DNA of 39,867 nt from Basidiobolus meristosporus CBS 931.73 (Eukaryota > Fungi > Basidiobolomycota). This document shows positions 23,434 to 35,693 of this stretch, one piece after another. Position numbers and translations under genes: made by a program. The stretch spans positions 1 through 39,867 of the forward strand of contig MCFE01000747.1 of assembly GCA_002104905.1 (NCBI GenBank), given 5' to 3'. The notes below the pieces were generated by a model. That model searched no databases. It saw only the letters and a program-made list of their open reading frames with translations, and was not told the DNA's origin. Position 1 is the first letter of the stretch. Every line of letters begins with the position of its first letter.

Positions 23434-24607
23434 TTAGAATTCATCCTTATAGGTCGGTTTGCCGGGCATGGGGTGATGCAGCGTACTTTCCCTGCGACTC
23501 TTTTTGGACCATCGTAGACCGCAGGCGTTGCATAACCTAGGGAGGGTAGGTGATTGGGGTGAGTATTCTGGTGATTCCGTAGATCATTCCACATCAATAA
23601 AACATGCAGTTACGTTTTGGCTCCGGAGGGTCCCTTCCGCCATTCCGGCGAATTCGTGGTACCGCACTCGGCACAAACGCGGTGGGTGAGGTCGACCGCT
23701 TTGTGTTTCCGCTGTAGATGTAGGTTAGCAACATGGCTGTGGGACGGGTCGTCGGGCTAGATACCTTTTTGGCTGGAATGTCTGGCAGCTGGCTGGATGA
23801 ATCATCGCTAATGATGGAATGGTTGTCGAATGCTTGGGTTGGTGTTTTAATACTCGGCTGCTCCATTCCGCCCCGCAGACCAAGGGTACCATGATAATCC
23901 TCAGGCAGGTCCTCTTGATCGTACCTGCTGGCGTCCGGTTCGAATGGATCGTCGTCCTGAACGGACCCATCGGCCTCATCCAGTTCAGATCTCAGCTGCT
24001 GCACGCTTCGATAAAGCGCCTCATTCTCCAGCCTCAGTTGGAGAAATGTGTCCAGCACCGAAGTGGTGTGTAATGGATATAACCGGGCTAGGTTGAAGAA
24101 GCACTTTGGTGTGGTGGCGGTGGTGGGTCCGCCTTGGGGGTATGGATGTCCTACTACCTCGAAGATGATGTATGTTGAGTCTTTCCGTCTGAACCGGTAA
24201 AAAAATCGAAAACTTCCTTTGTCTACTGACTCTTTGAGATAGCCTACGAAGAGGTCGATATCATCCACATGCAGAAACTCCACCATGCTCTTCCCCACCA
24301 ACTCGGACGCCGGGTATCCAGTCAATTCCAGGCTCGAAGGCGAGCAATACATCAGGGTGCCTGAACTGGTTAGTACGTAATAGAGATCGGGGAGTTGCCC
24401 AATCACCCGGTGAGACCAATTTTTTCGCTTGGTGAACTCCACTCGATGCTCACCGCTTATGGTACGATCGAGTGGGCGCTTATTAGGGGTCATGTTTGCT
24501 TTAGGCACTGAAATATCAAATGTTCGGGTCCAAGGGATATATGGGTTGGGCTCCGGCTTATTTGATGACTGCCATGAAATACACATCCACAGGGTGCTGC
24601 GAGCCAT
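23434..24607 (-). CDS. wc-2: White collar-2-type PAS + GATA zinc-finger transcription factor (exons 24607-23765, 23711-23614, 23536-23434; ~347 aa; start uncertain)
   Basis: EFTKRKNW..PAS (YCSPS.LELTGY..ELVG..FLHVDD..RFFYRFRRKD...FE), LDTFLQLRLENEAL coiled coil. After two introns (53 and 77 bp): [30 protein letters not shown] (CX2CX18CX2C). No LOV NCRFLQ motif, so not WC-1. Confidence 0.9.
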
Positions 24608-24978
24608 TAAATATCCTCCAAGTCTCGGAGATGGCAGTGGAATGATCTCAGTGGACCCCCGCTGTTATTGGTCCAGGGTGACATCATAACGACGTTGCTC
24701 GAGTATGGAGATGTCAAATTGTCGAGGTGCTGATGCACTGCTCGAATCATGAGACCTCCTTCAATCCATATCGACGCTGTGGATCCAGATCCAGAGGATA
24801 TGGAGCAGCCAGGCGATTAGGTAATTGGGCGCTAGGTGAACACACCCGTACCCAATGCTGAACCTGCCATGATGCTGCTAGCCCGTAATGGACATGCGTG
24901 CAGCTCACCCCTCCGAGTGCCTAGGCGGCCCACTATCATGCCACCTGAAAGGGCGATCTTTTGATGAGCAGCTGTATA

Positions 24979-25202
24979 TGACGTTCAAAAGCTGTGTATA
25001 GGGGAAATACCGGATCTGTGTCTGGATTGCCTTTAGAAACATTAGCGCTTGATGTCAGGGTAAGCGTCATCCAACCAATGTAGCGGTATCAACGACTTAA
25101 TTCGTGTATTCCCATCCCATCAATTTAGCGTGATGTGGATGACGTCATAGGCCCTCCATAAGAATGGCTTCTACGCTATATAGCAACAGTCCCATTACGT
25201 CA
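24979..25202. promoter_or_regulatory. Putative wc-2 promoter with clustered CRE/ATF-like sites
   Basis: TGACGTT 24979, TGATGTCA 25050, AGCGTCA ~25063, TGACGTCA 25140-25147, TTACGTCA 25195-25202, plus CCAAT ~25076. Confidence 0.4.
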
Positions 25203-26717
25203 CCTCAGGTGTAGACTATGGAGGTTGGCCGGGTGGTAGTAGGTGCTCAGTCCATCCGTGTCCGACTAAAGTCAACCCGACCACCTGGAAACCAGTGTAT
25301 GGCCGAATTCGAACATGGCGCCCCTATAGCTGAATTGGTTCCATGGGTTTGTTGATGTCGATGTTGACGTCGGCATCGGCGTTGACATTGACATCGATAT
25401 TATTCTTGGATATTGCATAGAATCCCGGGGAATTCCTATCCCTCATGACTACTTTGGTTAGTGTGTTGTTGAGGGCGATTCATCGGTGACGATGCAAACC
25501 AAGTTCCATCCCAAATCTGATACGTATGTCATTACGCATGGAGAATTTCTCCCGAGGTGAATCACATCCCTGCCACGCTTGTGAAATACCCGATCCCCAA
25601 GTGGGGTTGGATCGCCAAGGAAACCATGTTGATCATCTTCGTCTACCGCAGTGGGCCAGAAGTCTGGTCCTCAGTATCGAAGCTTTCCTAAGCCTTTGAA
25701 GGGTATTTTTGGCCTGACTGAGTGGATATTCGAGGGGCTTAAAGAGGCGTGAGGATCCACCCCCCCAAGATGGCTATATCCTAATGCTCCACACAACAAA
25801 CACACAAGGCCCAGGCTTGTTTGAGCGGTTTGAGGAGTTCTGCGGGATGAGTGTATTGCAATCCCATTGATAGCTTCATAAAACAAGTAACCCGCTTAAC
25901 GACATGGATATCCTCGGATGTCGATCCAATCATGTTTCGCACTCCCTCTCAACTGGCTATATATTCCTATTTCGAATGCCCCTCCCCTATCACTCTTCAA
26001 CACGGTAATTACCGTGAGCAACCATGCATCTGACAAGGAATCCATCCTAGAGAAGAATCTGGTCGCTGCCGATGGAAGCCCGGACTTAGAAGGCCCACTA
26101 ATGCTGATCGAGGCGGCATCAATCCAACGAGAGTGCTCCGCCTTGCCGATACAACCGCCTGCATCTCGTAGTTAACTCCCCTGGTCACAGTGCTTATGTT
26201 TGATGTAGCTTTCTTGAACCGTCGCGCTGCCATCAGTTTCAGGAGGCTTCAGCAGAGACGGCCAATCGATACGCACGTGCTAGTGCATCCAATCATCCTC
26301 ATCCTATACTCTGTTCCCCCAGTAGTGGGCACTGGTGGGCCAGCATGTAGAGACTGTACTCGAGTCCCAATCGCAATAAACTCGGGAAGTTGGAATCCCA
26401 ATCCCGATACCAGAATCAGGCTTGATTTCCCAAGGCATTTTGGCGGTACTTTAGGACTGTGGCATCTGAGCACATCAAGCAACAGACAGTCTATGGAGTG
26501 GATGGAGCTGAAGCATGAGGTACTAAGTTTTTAGCTTTGTGGCCTATGGGACCTGTATATGATTGCATCTGGTACATTTGTCATCTCAGAGAGTCAATGA
26601 ATTTCCTACAAACTTAATTCCAAGCTGATAGATACCAATTTCACAATGACTCATGTGCAGATCCCTATACATGAGTGATTAAGTATTAGGGAGACATTCC
26701 AATACACTCATAGAAAA

Positions 26718-26868
26718 TGTAAGCGTTTTGGAGATATGGGAGATTATGGGGAGTATAGGTAGACTACATGGTTCTCACTGGATGACATATTGAATGTCAA
26801 GGTGATGCTTGTACATTCACATAGTCTCTGTATATGAGCATGCTAAATATAATAGAGAAGGTACCGGA
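26718..26868 (-). mobile_element. Old LTR fragment into which element C inserted
   Basis: TGTAAGCGTTTTGGAGATATGG..GTAGACTACATGGTTCTCACT..ATTGAATGTC is colinear with the reversed LTR end and truncated at the C LTR. Confidence 0.55.
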
Positions 26869-29629
26869 TGATGTTAGAGTTTGGGAAATATTGGAAGTGA
26901 TTGGAAGAGCAAGTAGATTACGTGTTCTCACCTAATGATTTATTGAATGCAAAAGTAGTGTTTATACTTTTACATGGTCATGGCAGAACAAGCATGTATA
27001 GTATGCTTAGGAAGGTCCCTAAAGCATGTGTGCAATGTTTGAGGCTGCTTGGTCAACTTATCTAATCTTCATGTTCTGGGTACCTGATATTTTGGGGAAA
27101 ATATTCTAAGTAAATCCCAACAAGGAACTTGGTCAGTATTCTCTAAGATTTGTAGGTTATAATCCAAGTGACTACATTAGGAGAGTATTTAGGCAAAATC
27201 ACAAGTTTTAAAACACCCCTACTCAGCTGAATGTTCATTCTGACCAGTCCTAACTTTGACCTAATGTTTTCAATTTGTCTCCAGTAAATGGTTTGGTAAG
27301 TATGTCTGCAGTTATTTAATCCGTAGGACAGTAAGCTAAGTTAACTGAGTTGCTCTCTATAGCTTCTTGTGTGAGATGATGCTTAACATATTTGTGCTTA
27401 GTTTTAGCATGAAAAGTTGGATTTCTACCTAATTGTTCAGATCCTTGATTATCTTGAAATAGAGTAATTGGTGTTTTTTTGACAATAGCTTGAGTGTTCA
27501 AAAAGCTTCCTTAACCACATTGCTTCTCTTGTAGGTTCACAGGCTGCCATATACTCTGCCTCTGTGGTAGAAAGTGCCACAGTTGGTTACTTTCTTGAAT
27601 TTCATGAAACTACTCCTTTACAGCAACAAGAGCTGTACCCTGTGATGAATCTCCTGTCTTCCAAGTTTGGTCCTCAACCAGCATCAGAGTATCCCCCAAG
27701 ATTGTGCTCTGAATCCTCATAGGTGTACCTTTAGCAATATCAGCAGTTCTTTTTAGGTATCTAAAAATCTGCTCAACTACTGCAATATGATCAGATCCAC
27801 AGTTATGATTATACTGGCTGATAACACCCACTGAATATGGGATATCTGGACATGTTCCAAGCATGATATACAGCAGACTGATGACCATAGATTAATAAGG
27901 AAAGTCAGGGCTTTCTGATGGCATCAAGCTCTCTTGATTTGGTTGAGTTCTGACCAAGTAAAGGTATGTCTCCATTGGGATTGCTGTTGGTTGACAGCCT
28001 TCCATTTGTTACTTCTTTAGTGTATCTTGAATATACTTGAATTTGCTTAGGGTAATAGTCTGGGTACTACTGTCTATGGAGAACCTATCTCTAAGCAGTA
28101 ACCAAGTTCTTCCAGATTGGGCATCTTGAACTTCTTACATAGGCTGCCTTTAGTCTCTTCCAATGTTTCTAGGTTATTGGTGTCTATAATAAGATTGTCT
28201 GCATATAGAGTCAATCCAGTTCTATTTGCTTTATATGGTCTATACAAGATACTATAGTCAGCAGTACTCCTTTGAAAGCTTAAAGATTGCCAATAAGAAT
28301 CTATCTTACAATTCCAGGCTCTTGGTGATTGTTTGAGACCATTTAGTGATTTTCTAAGCTTACAGACCAAATGGGGGTTATCCTAGTAAACAAACCCATT
28401 AGACTGGTCCATGTATACATCCTCATTAAGTTCCCCATTCAAAAATGCAGCCTTTACATTCATTTGATCTATAAATACTTATATTTAGCAGCAATAGTCA
28501 ATGTTAATCTGATGCAATTAAACTTGGCTACCAGCACAAAGTTCACAGTATAGTCAAGTGTTTTTGTTTGAGTATCCTTTGGCCACAAGTCTGGCTTTGT
28601 ATTCTTCCATTGTACCATTAGTCTTGTATTTCATCTTGAAGATCCATCTGCTTCCAATTGACTTTCAATTGATTGGTATTTGAAAAGTCCCAAGTTTGAT
28701 TTTCCATCAGGGCCCAATAGTCTGCAGTTATTGCTGATCTGTATAATTTTGTATGAGGGTTATTCAGGGCAGCCTTTACAGACTGGGGCTCATCAATATG
28801 GACAGAATGGGCATAGGCTTAGTTTGTACCCTCATAAATATAGTAATTTGGGCTATTTATGGTCTGGTTGGATCCCCCAACTTGTGATATTGGAATGCTC
28901 ACCTATGGAATATTCCAGGGCACTGGTTCAGGCTAAGCCACAATAATAGAGTCCTCTGTAGTGAAAACTTACATTGTTTTGCTCTGATTCAATCCTGATT
29001 ATGAGTAGACTTGCGATCAGGTTTTGAGAACTCCCAATGCCTTTTGTGTAAAAATACTGAATTTTCATCAAGCAACAAGTCCCTGGACTTGATCAACATC
29101 ATTGCTTTGGTATTGTAGAGTCTCTATGCTTTACTATCATTGCAGTAGCCCAAAAATATGCATTCTATACTTTTTGGCTCAAATTTTGCCTGATTTCTGG
29201 GCTGTTTCTTGGCCTTATGCTGTACACCCAAATATTTTTAGATGCTCTGCACTTGGTCTATGTCCATACTGTTGTAAGAGTCTTGGAGATATTGGAAGTG
29301 ATTGGGAGGACAAGTAGATTATGTGGTTTTCACTTAATGATCTATTGAATGTAAAAGTAGTATTTATACTTTTACATGGTCTTGGCATAGTAAGCACATA
29401 GAATAGGCTGAGAAAGGTACCAAGAACATGTGTGCAAAGTTTGGGGCTGTTTGGACAACTTTGAGAATTTTCATGTTATGGGTACCTGGTATTTTGGTGA
29501 AAATATTCTAAGTAAATCCCAACAAGGAATTTGGTCAGTACTCTCTAGGATATGAAGGTAATGATCTAAGTGACTAAGCTAGGTGAGTATTTAGGTGGAA
29601 ATACAAATTTCTACAACACTCCCACTCAG

Positions 29630-32600
29630 CTAAATGCTCATACTGACTAGTCCTAATTTTGACCTAAGATATTCAAACTTGTCACTAGCTAATGGTTTAG
29701 TAAATATGTCTGCAATCATTTCATCTGTAGGACAGTAAACTAGGCTAACTAAGTTATTCTCTATAGCTTCACATATGAAATGATGCCTAATATCTATGTG
29801 CTAGGTTCTAGCATGAAAAGTTGGATTTCTACCTAATTATATACATCCTTGATTATCTTGAAATAAAGAAATAAGTGTTTATTGACATAGGCCTAAATGT
29901 GTAAAAAGCTTTCTTAACCACATTGCTTCTTTTGTAGCCTCACAGGCTGCCATATACTCTGCCTCTGTGGTGGAAAGTGCTATGGTTGGTTGCTTTCTTG
30001 AGTTCCATGAAATTGCTCCTTTGCAGTAAAGAAAGGTGTATCCTGTGGTAGATCTTCTGTCTTCCAAATTTTGTCCCCAATCACCATCAGAGTATCCCAC
30101 AAGATCCTGTCCTGAATCCATATAAGTGTATCTTAAGCAGATATCAGCAGTTTCTTTTACGTATCTAAAAATCCACTTAGCTGCTGCAATATGATCAGAT
30201 CCATAGTTCTGATTATGTTGGCTGACAACTCCCACTGAATATGAGATATCTGGACGTGTTCCAAGCATGATATACATCAGACTGCCAACCATAGATTGAT
30301 AAGGAAAGTCAGGGCTTTCTGATGGCATCAAGCTCTCTTGAGTTGATGGAGTTTTGACCAAGTTAAGGTTTGTCTCCATTGGGGTAGCTGCTGGTTTACA
30401 GTCTTCCATTTTGTACTTCTTTAGTATATCTTGAATATATTTGAATTGGCTTAGGGTAATAGTCTGGGTACTTCTATCTATGGAGAACTTAATCCATAAG
30501 TAGTAACTAAGTTCTCCTAGATCAGACATCTTGAACTCCTTAGATAGGCTGGATTTAGTCTCTTCCAATGTTTCTAGGTAATTGGCGGCTATAATAAGAT
30601 CATCCACATATAGAGCTAATAGAACTGGACTTGCTCTATCTGGCTTATACTATATACTATAGTCAGCATTAATCCTTTTGAAACTAAAAGATTCCAAATA
30701 AGAATCTATCTTGCAATTCCAGGCTCTTGGTGATTGCTTGAGACCATATAGTGACTTTTTAAGCTTGCAGACCAAATGGGGGTTATCCTAGTCAGCAATC
30801 CCATCAGGCTGGTTCATATACATGTTCTCAGCAAGTCCTCCATTCAAAAATGCAGTCTTTACATCCATTTGGTGAATAAAAAACTTATATTTGGCTGCAA
30901 TAGCCAATATTAATCTGGTGGAATTAAACTTGGCTACTGGTACAAAGGTCTAAGTATAGTCAAGTCCTTTTGTTTGAGAGTATCCTTTGACTATAAGTCT
31001 TGCTTTGTATCTTTCAATTGTACCATCAGCCTTGTATTTTGTCTTGAAGACCCATCTGCATCCAATTGATTTTGGTTGATTGGTAATTTGACTAAGTCCC
31101 AAGTTTGATTTTGCATCAGGGCCTGATATTCCTCAGTCATTACAGGTCTCAAAAACTTTGTCTGAGGGCTATTTAGGGCCTCTTTTGCAGTCTGTGGCTC
31201 ACCAATATGGACTGAATAGGCATAGGCTAAGTTTGTACCCTAATTGATATAGTAATTTGGGCTATTTCTTGTCCAATTGGATCTCCGGGCATTTGATACT
31301 GGAATGATCACTTCTGGGATATTCCTGAGCACTGATTCTGGCTGAACCATGGTTGTAGAGTCCTCTGGAGTAAAAGACTTTCATTGTTCTGCTCTGATTC
31401 AATCCTGACAATTGGTGGATTTGAGATCAGATTTTTGTCTTCATCTGATGTCATTTTTTGTGAAGATTATGAATTTTCATCAAACAGCACATCCCTGGAC
31501 TTGATGAGCTTTTTTGCTTTGGTATTGTAGAGTCTGTATGCTTTACTCTCATTGCAGTAGCCCAAAAATATGCATTTTACACTTTTTGGCTCAGATTTTG
31601 ACTGATTTCTGGGCAGTTTCTTGGCATATGCTGTACACCCAAATATTCTTAGATGTTCTGCACTTGGTCTACATCCATACCATGCTTCAAATGGAGCAGA
31701 ATCAGGAAGTATTCTGTTATAGCTCCTATTTTTAAGATATATAGCAGTGGCAACTGATTCCACCCAATAATCATAGGATAATTTTTGATCATGGATCATA
31801 GATCTTGCCATATCAATTATTGATCTGTTAGCATATTCTGCTACTCCATTTTGCTGTGGGGAGTATGGTACAGTAGTCTCTTGCTTTATACCATGAATTT
31901 TGCAGAAGTTGATGAAAAGTTTTGATGTATATTCTCCACCATTGTCAGAGCATATTTTCTTGATTTTTTCACCGGTTTCTCTCTCCACCATGGCTTTAAA
32001 CTCCCTGAGCTTAGACAGAGCTTTTTTCCTTCTCTCCATGAAGTAGACCCATGTGTATCTTGTATAATCATCAATAAAGGTGATTAAATACTTCATCCCA
32101 TCTAAGGATGAATTTTGCATAGGTCCACACAGATCTGAGTGAATTAGATCTATTTTTTTCTTAGATTTGATTAACCCAGAGCTCTTGAACAGTTGTCTGG
32201 CTTGTTTCCCATATATGCAGGCTTTGCAGTGCTCCAGATCAGCTGGGGGATCAATTTTTACTCCAGAAATTTGCTGATCTTTGACCATTTTGTGCAAATA
32301 ATCAAAATTGATGTGCCCAAATCTCCTGTGCCAAAGCATTGGTGTTTCTTCACTTAAGTTACTGTTATTGGCTTCTAAATATGCTGAAGTATAAGTTAAC
32401 TTGTATAGGTTTTGATATCTGATACCCAAAGCAATATGGGCACCATTTTGATCAGTATTCTTGCATCCATAATTGTCAAAGCTGAAACTGAGTCCTTCTG
32501 CAGTGGCCTTGCTTACAGATATTAGGTTGTTGGCTATTTCTGGTACATAGAGTACTTCTTTAAAGGTCAGTGCATGGCTTACTTCACTGCTTCTTAGGTT

Positions 32601-33599
32601 TACTTGGATAGTTCCTTCTCCCACTGCATCAAGTGTTCTATTGTCACCTATGAAAACCCTCTTAATTGGAATTTCTTGATATTGGGTAAAAAGTTCTTTT
32701 TTGTGTGTAAAGTGTTGAGATGCTCTAGAGTCAATATACCACGTCTGAGAATCTTTGTTTGTGGTCATATTCAGTGCAGATATGAATAGTCTATCTTCAG
32801 TTATTGCAGCATTTCCACATTCAGGCTTTTTCTGCTGACTATATTTTTTTTTGAAGCACCAGTCTGATGTGTGTCCTTTCCTTTTGCAATAGTTGCAAAA
32901 CAGGTTGCTGTTGCCTTTGTAGGGTCTTGGGTACCTCCTTTGTTGGTTATCACCACTTATTAATGCATTTTCTTCTTCCTTCTTATTGGTGCTTGATTTT
33001 CTTAATTCTCCATCCAGGAGCCTTCCATATACATAATTTAAGGTCAAGTCCTCAGTTCTGAGCTCTAGGGCTGATACAAGGCCCTGAAACCTGTCTGTCA
33101 GGCTATTCAGGATGGTAACTATCACATCCACATCAGTAGTTAGTACACCCACAGATTCCATTTCATCTACTAGCAAGGTAATTCTGTTAATTAGATTTTT
33201 CATTTCTTCTCCTGGCAGCATCTTTGTAGTAAAGAATTTTTGTCTCAGATACATTTTCTTGGCAGCTGAACATGACTGCTAGGTGTCTTCTAAAGCCTTC
33301 CAGGCATTCTTTGCTGTTTTTGCTCTTGAGCATTGAATCAGCAATATGTCCTTAACATTAAGGCAAATGCAGTTAAAGGCACTTTGTTCTTTCTTTGGGT
33401 ACTTTAAGGCTTCCTCTCCCATAAATCTAGGAGGGCATTCTTCTCCCAGGACAATATCCCAAAGACCTTGTTCTTGTAGCAGCATCTTAATCTTCACCTT
33501 TCACACTTGGTAGTTAGATCCATCCAACTTTTCAGCAGAGGGAAAAATTATAGTAATAGCAGTAGTAGACATTGCAGAGAGTGACAGCTTGGGGCCCAT
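29630..33599 (-). pseudogene. gag-pol pseudogene of element D
   Basis: Colinear with the B ORF over its whole length but broken by stops (TGG>TGA and TAG in gag, TAA at 31467) and frameshifts. Confidence 0.92.
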
Positions 33600-33706
33600 A
33601 ACCTGTTGTAAGAGTCTTGGAGATTTTGGAAGTGATTGGGAGGACAAGTATATTATGTGGCTTTCACTTAATGATTTATTGAATGTAAAAGTAGTATTTA
33701 TACTTT

Positions 33707-34440
33707 AGACTTGTTCCGTTGGATAGTGCCACATTGAGCCATGAGTGCCAAACAATGCCACAGTATGCCAGAGAGGCCAAGTGAGCCACTACCTGGCCAC
33801 AGAGTGAGAAACATAGCTCTGCATCTTCATGCAAAGCAGCCCCTGTGTTTCACCCATTGTGTTGGAGAAAATCCATTTTTTGACCTTTTTTTTTGAATCA
33901 ATGTTGCGCAGGATGTGTTAGAGCACAAGCAGATTGAAGATATGTATCTGGTACTCAATACCCATGGCACTCTGAATCTAGCTCCTGTAGCTTCTATCAT
34001 GTCACAAAAATGAATGGCACTATCTTGGTCCACTGGTACTATCTGGCACTATAAGTGCTTTGTATAGATCTTACTTTAGGGCTAATATTTAAATATAGTG
34101 CCAGATAGTACCAGTGGACCAAGATAGTGCCATTCATTTTTGTGGCATGATAGAAGTTACCGGAGCTAGATTCAGAGTGCCATGGGTATTGAGTACCAGA
34201 GGCATATCTTCAGTTCTCCTGTGCTCTTACACATCCTGAGCTACATTGATCCACAAAAAAAGGTCAAAAAATGGATTTTCTCCTGCGCAATGGGTGAAAC
34301 ACAGGGGCTGCTTTACATGAAGATGCAGAGCTATGTTTCACACTCTGTGACCAAGTATAGGCTCACTTGGCCTCTCTGGCACACTATGGCATCATTTGGC
34401 ACTCATGGCTCAATGTGGCACTATCCAACGGAACAAGTCT
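33707..34440. mobile_element. 734-bp near-palindromic MITE/foldback of the PIF/Harbinger-like family, inserted in the 5' LTR of D
   Basis: Arms 33707-34053 and 34094-34440 (347 bp each, ~90% by eye) with a 40-bp loop. Termini AGACTTGTTCCGTTGGATAGTGCCACAT match the end of the element at 35694. Flanks are TTT/TTT. Confidence 0.9.
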
Positions 34441-35693
34441 TTTGACTATGAAGGTAATGATCTAAGTTACTAAGTTAGGTGAATATATAGGTGGAAATAC
34501 AAATTTTTACAATACATACCATGCCTTAAATAGAGTAGAATTACTAAGTATTTTGTTATAACTCCCATTTTTAAGGTACACAGCTGTGGCAACTGATTTC
34601 CAGCATATATCATAGGATAATTTTTGATCATGGATTGTAGCTCTTGCCATTTAAATTATTGTTCTGCTTGCACACTCTGACACCTCCTTTTCTAGTAAGA
34701 AGTATGGTATAGTAGTCTCTTGCATTATCCCATCAATCTACAGAAGCGGATGAAGAGTTTTGAGGCATATTTTCCAGCATTGTCAGAGCCTATTTTCTTG
34801 ATTTGTCTCACTCAAAAATGACTTTAAGCTCCCTGAGCTTAGAAAGAGCTTATTCCTTTCTCTTTGTTAGGTAGACCTGTGTTTATCTTGTATAATCATC
34901 AATAAAAGTGATTGAATACTTCATCCTGCCTAAGGATAAGTTTTGTATAGGTCTATAAAGATCTGAGTGAAATATTTCTTACTTTTTCTTAGTATGATTA
35001 ATGCAGAGCTCTTGAACAGTGGTCTGGCTTGTTTCCCATATGTGCAGGCCTCATAGTGCTCCAGATTAACCAGGGGATCAGTTTTACTTTGGAAATTTGC
35101 CAATCTTTGATCAATATGCCTAAATAATCAAATTTAATGTGTCCAAATCTCCTGTCTCAAGGCATTGGTGTCTCTTCACTCCAGTTACATTTATTGGCTT
35201 CCAGAGATGATGCAATGTTAGTCAGCTTGCATAGATTTGGATTCTTGATACCCACAGCAATACAGGAACCATTTTGATTAGTGTTCCAGCATCAAGCATT
35301 GTTAAAATCCCCTATGAAAACTAATTTGGTCCTGCAGGTGGATCCAATCTGGATCAGCTATCAGGATCCTGTTTAGAGACCATCAAAATATCAGCAGCTT
35401 GGGATTAGTGACCCTCCTAACAATCTTATAATGGGATCATGATGGTGTTTTGCTAATTTTATAACCAAATAATGGGATAAAACTTGACAATATTTTATTG
35501 GTGCTGTGACAATATTTTCATAGTGTAGTTGCAGTCTTTTAGCAATCTATAGCTATTTTGGTTGGATCCAGTTGGCCAGGACATCCAATTGCCTTATATG
35601 GCAAGAAACTTGACAGTATTTTGATGGCCTCACATTGAGATTCTGATGGCATCATGATGGCAGTATGACGGCCTGCTGCTGGTTCTGTATAAT

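Larger units (their letters stand above)
29270..34514 (-). mobile_element. Copia element D nested in the integrase of C, TSD CATAC
   Basis: 3' LTR 29270-29618, PPT 29619-29627, PBS 33592-33603, 5' LTR pieces 33604-33706 and ~34446-34514. CATAC at 29265-29269 and 34515-34519. Confidence 0.93.
26869..35330 (-). mobile_element. Decayed Copia element C (3' LTR 26869-27215; pol remnants 27228-29269 and 34515-~35330), interrupted by element D
   Basis: LTR followed by reversed PPT CCCCTACTC and RNase H/RT/IN remnants with many stops and deletions. The integrase resumes in register after 34519. The 5' LTR is not found. Confidence 0.88.

Noticed and set aside
23594-23764. ORF-track C-terminus of the PAS ORF (VSSPTTRP...NCMFY)
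   Set aside because: It is intron read-through; splicing yields the canonical GATA finger in another frame.
25918-26534. Several 75-115 aa overlapping ORFs; LKSDRGGAF on the minus strand looks integrase-like
   Set aside because: No other integrase motifs, no consistent frame or splice model.
29270-33599. RIP-like hypermutation of repeats
   Set aside because: Copy differences are scattered and many fall at CpG. I saw no dense CpA>TpA signature; a RIP index calculation would settle it.
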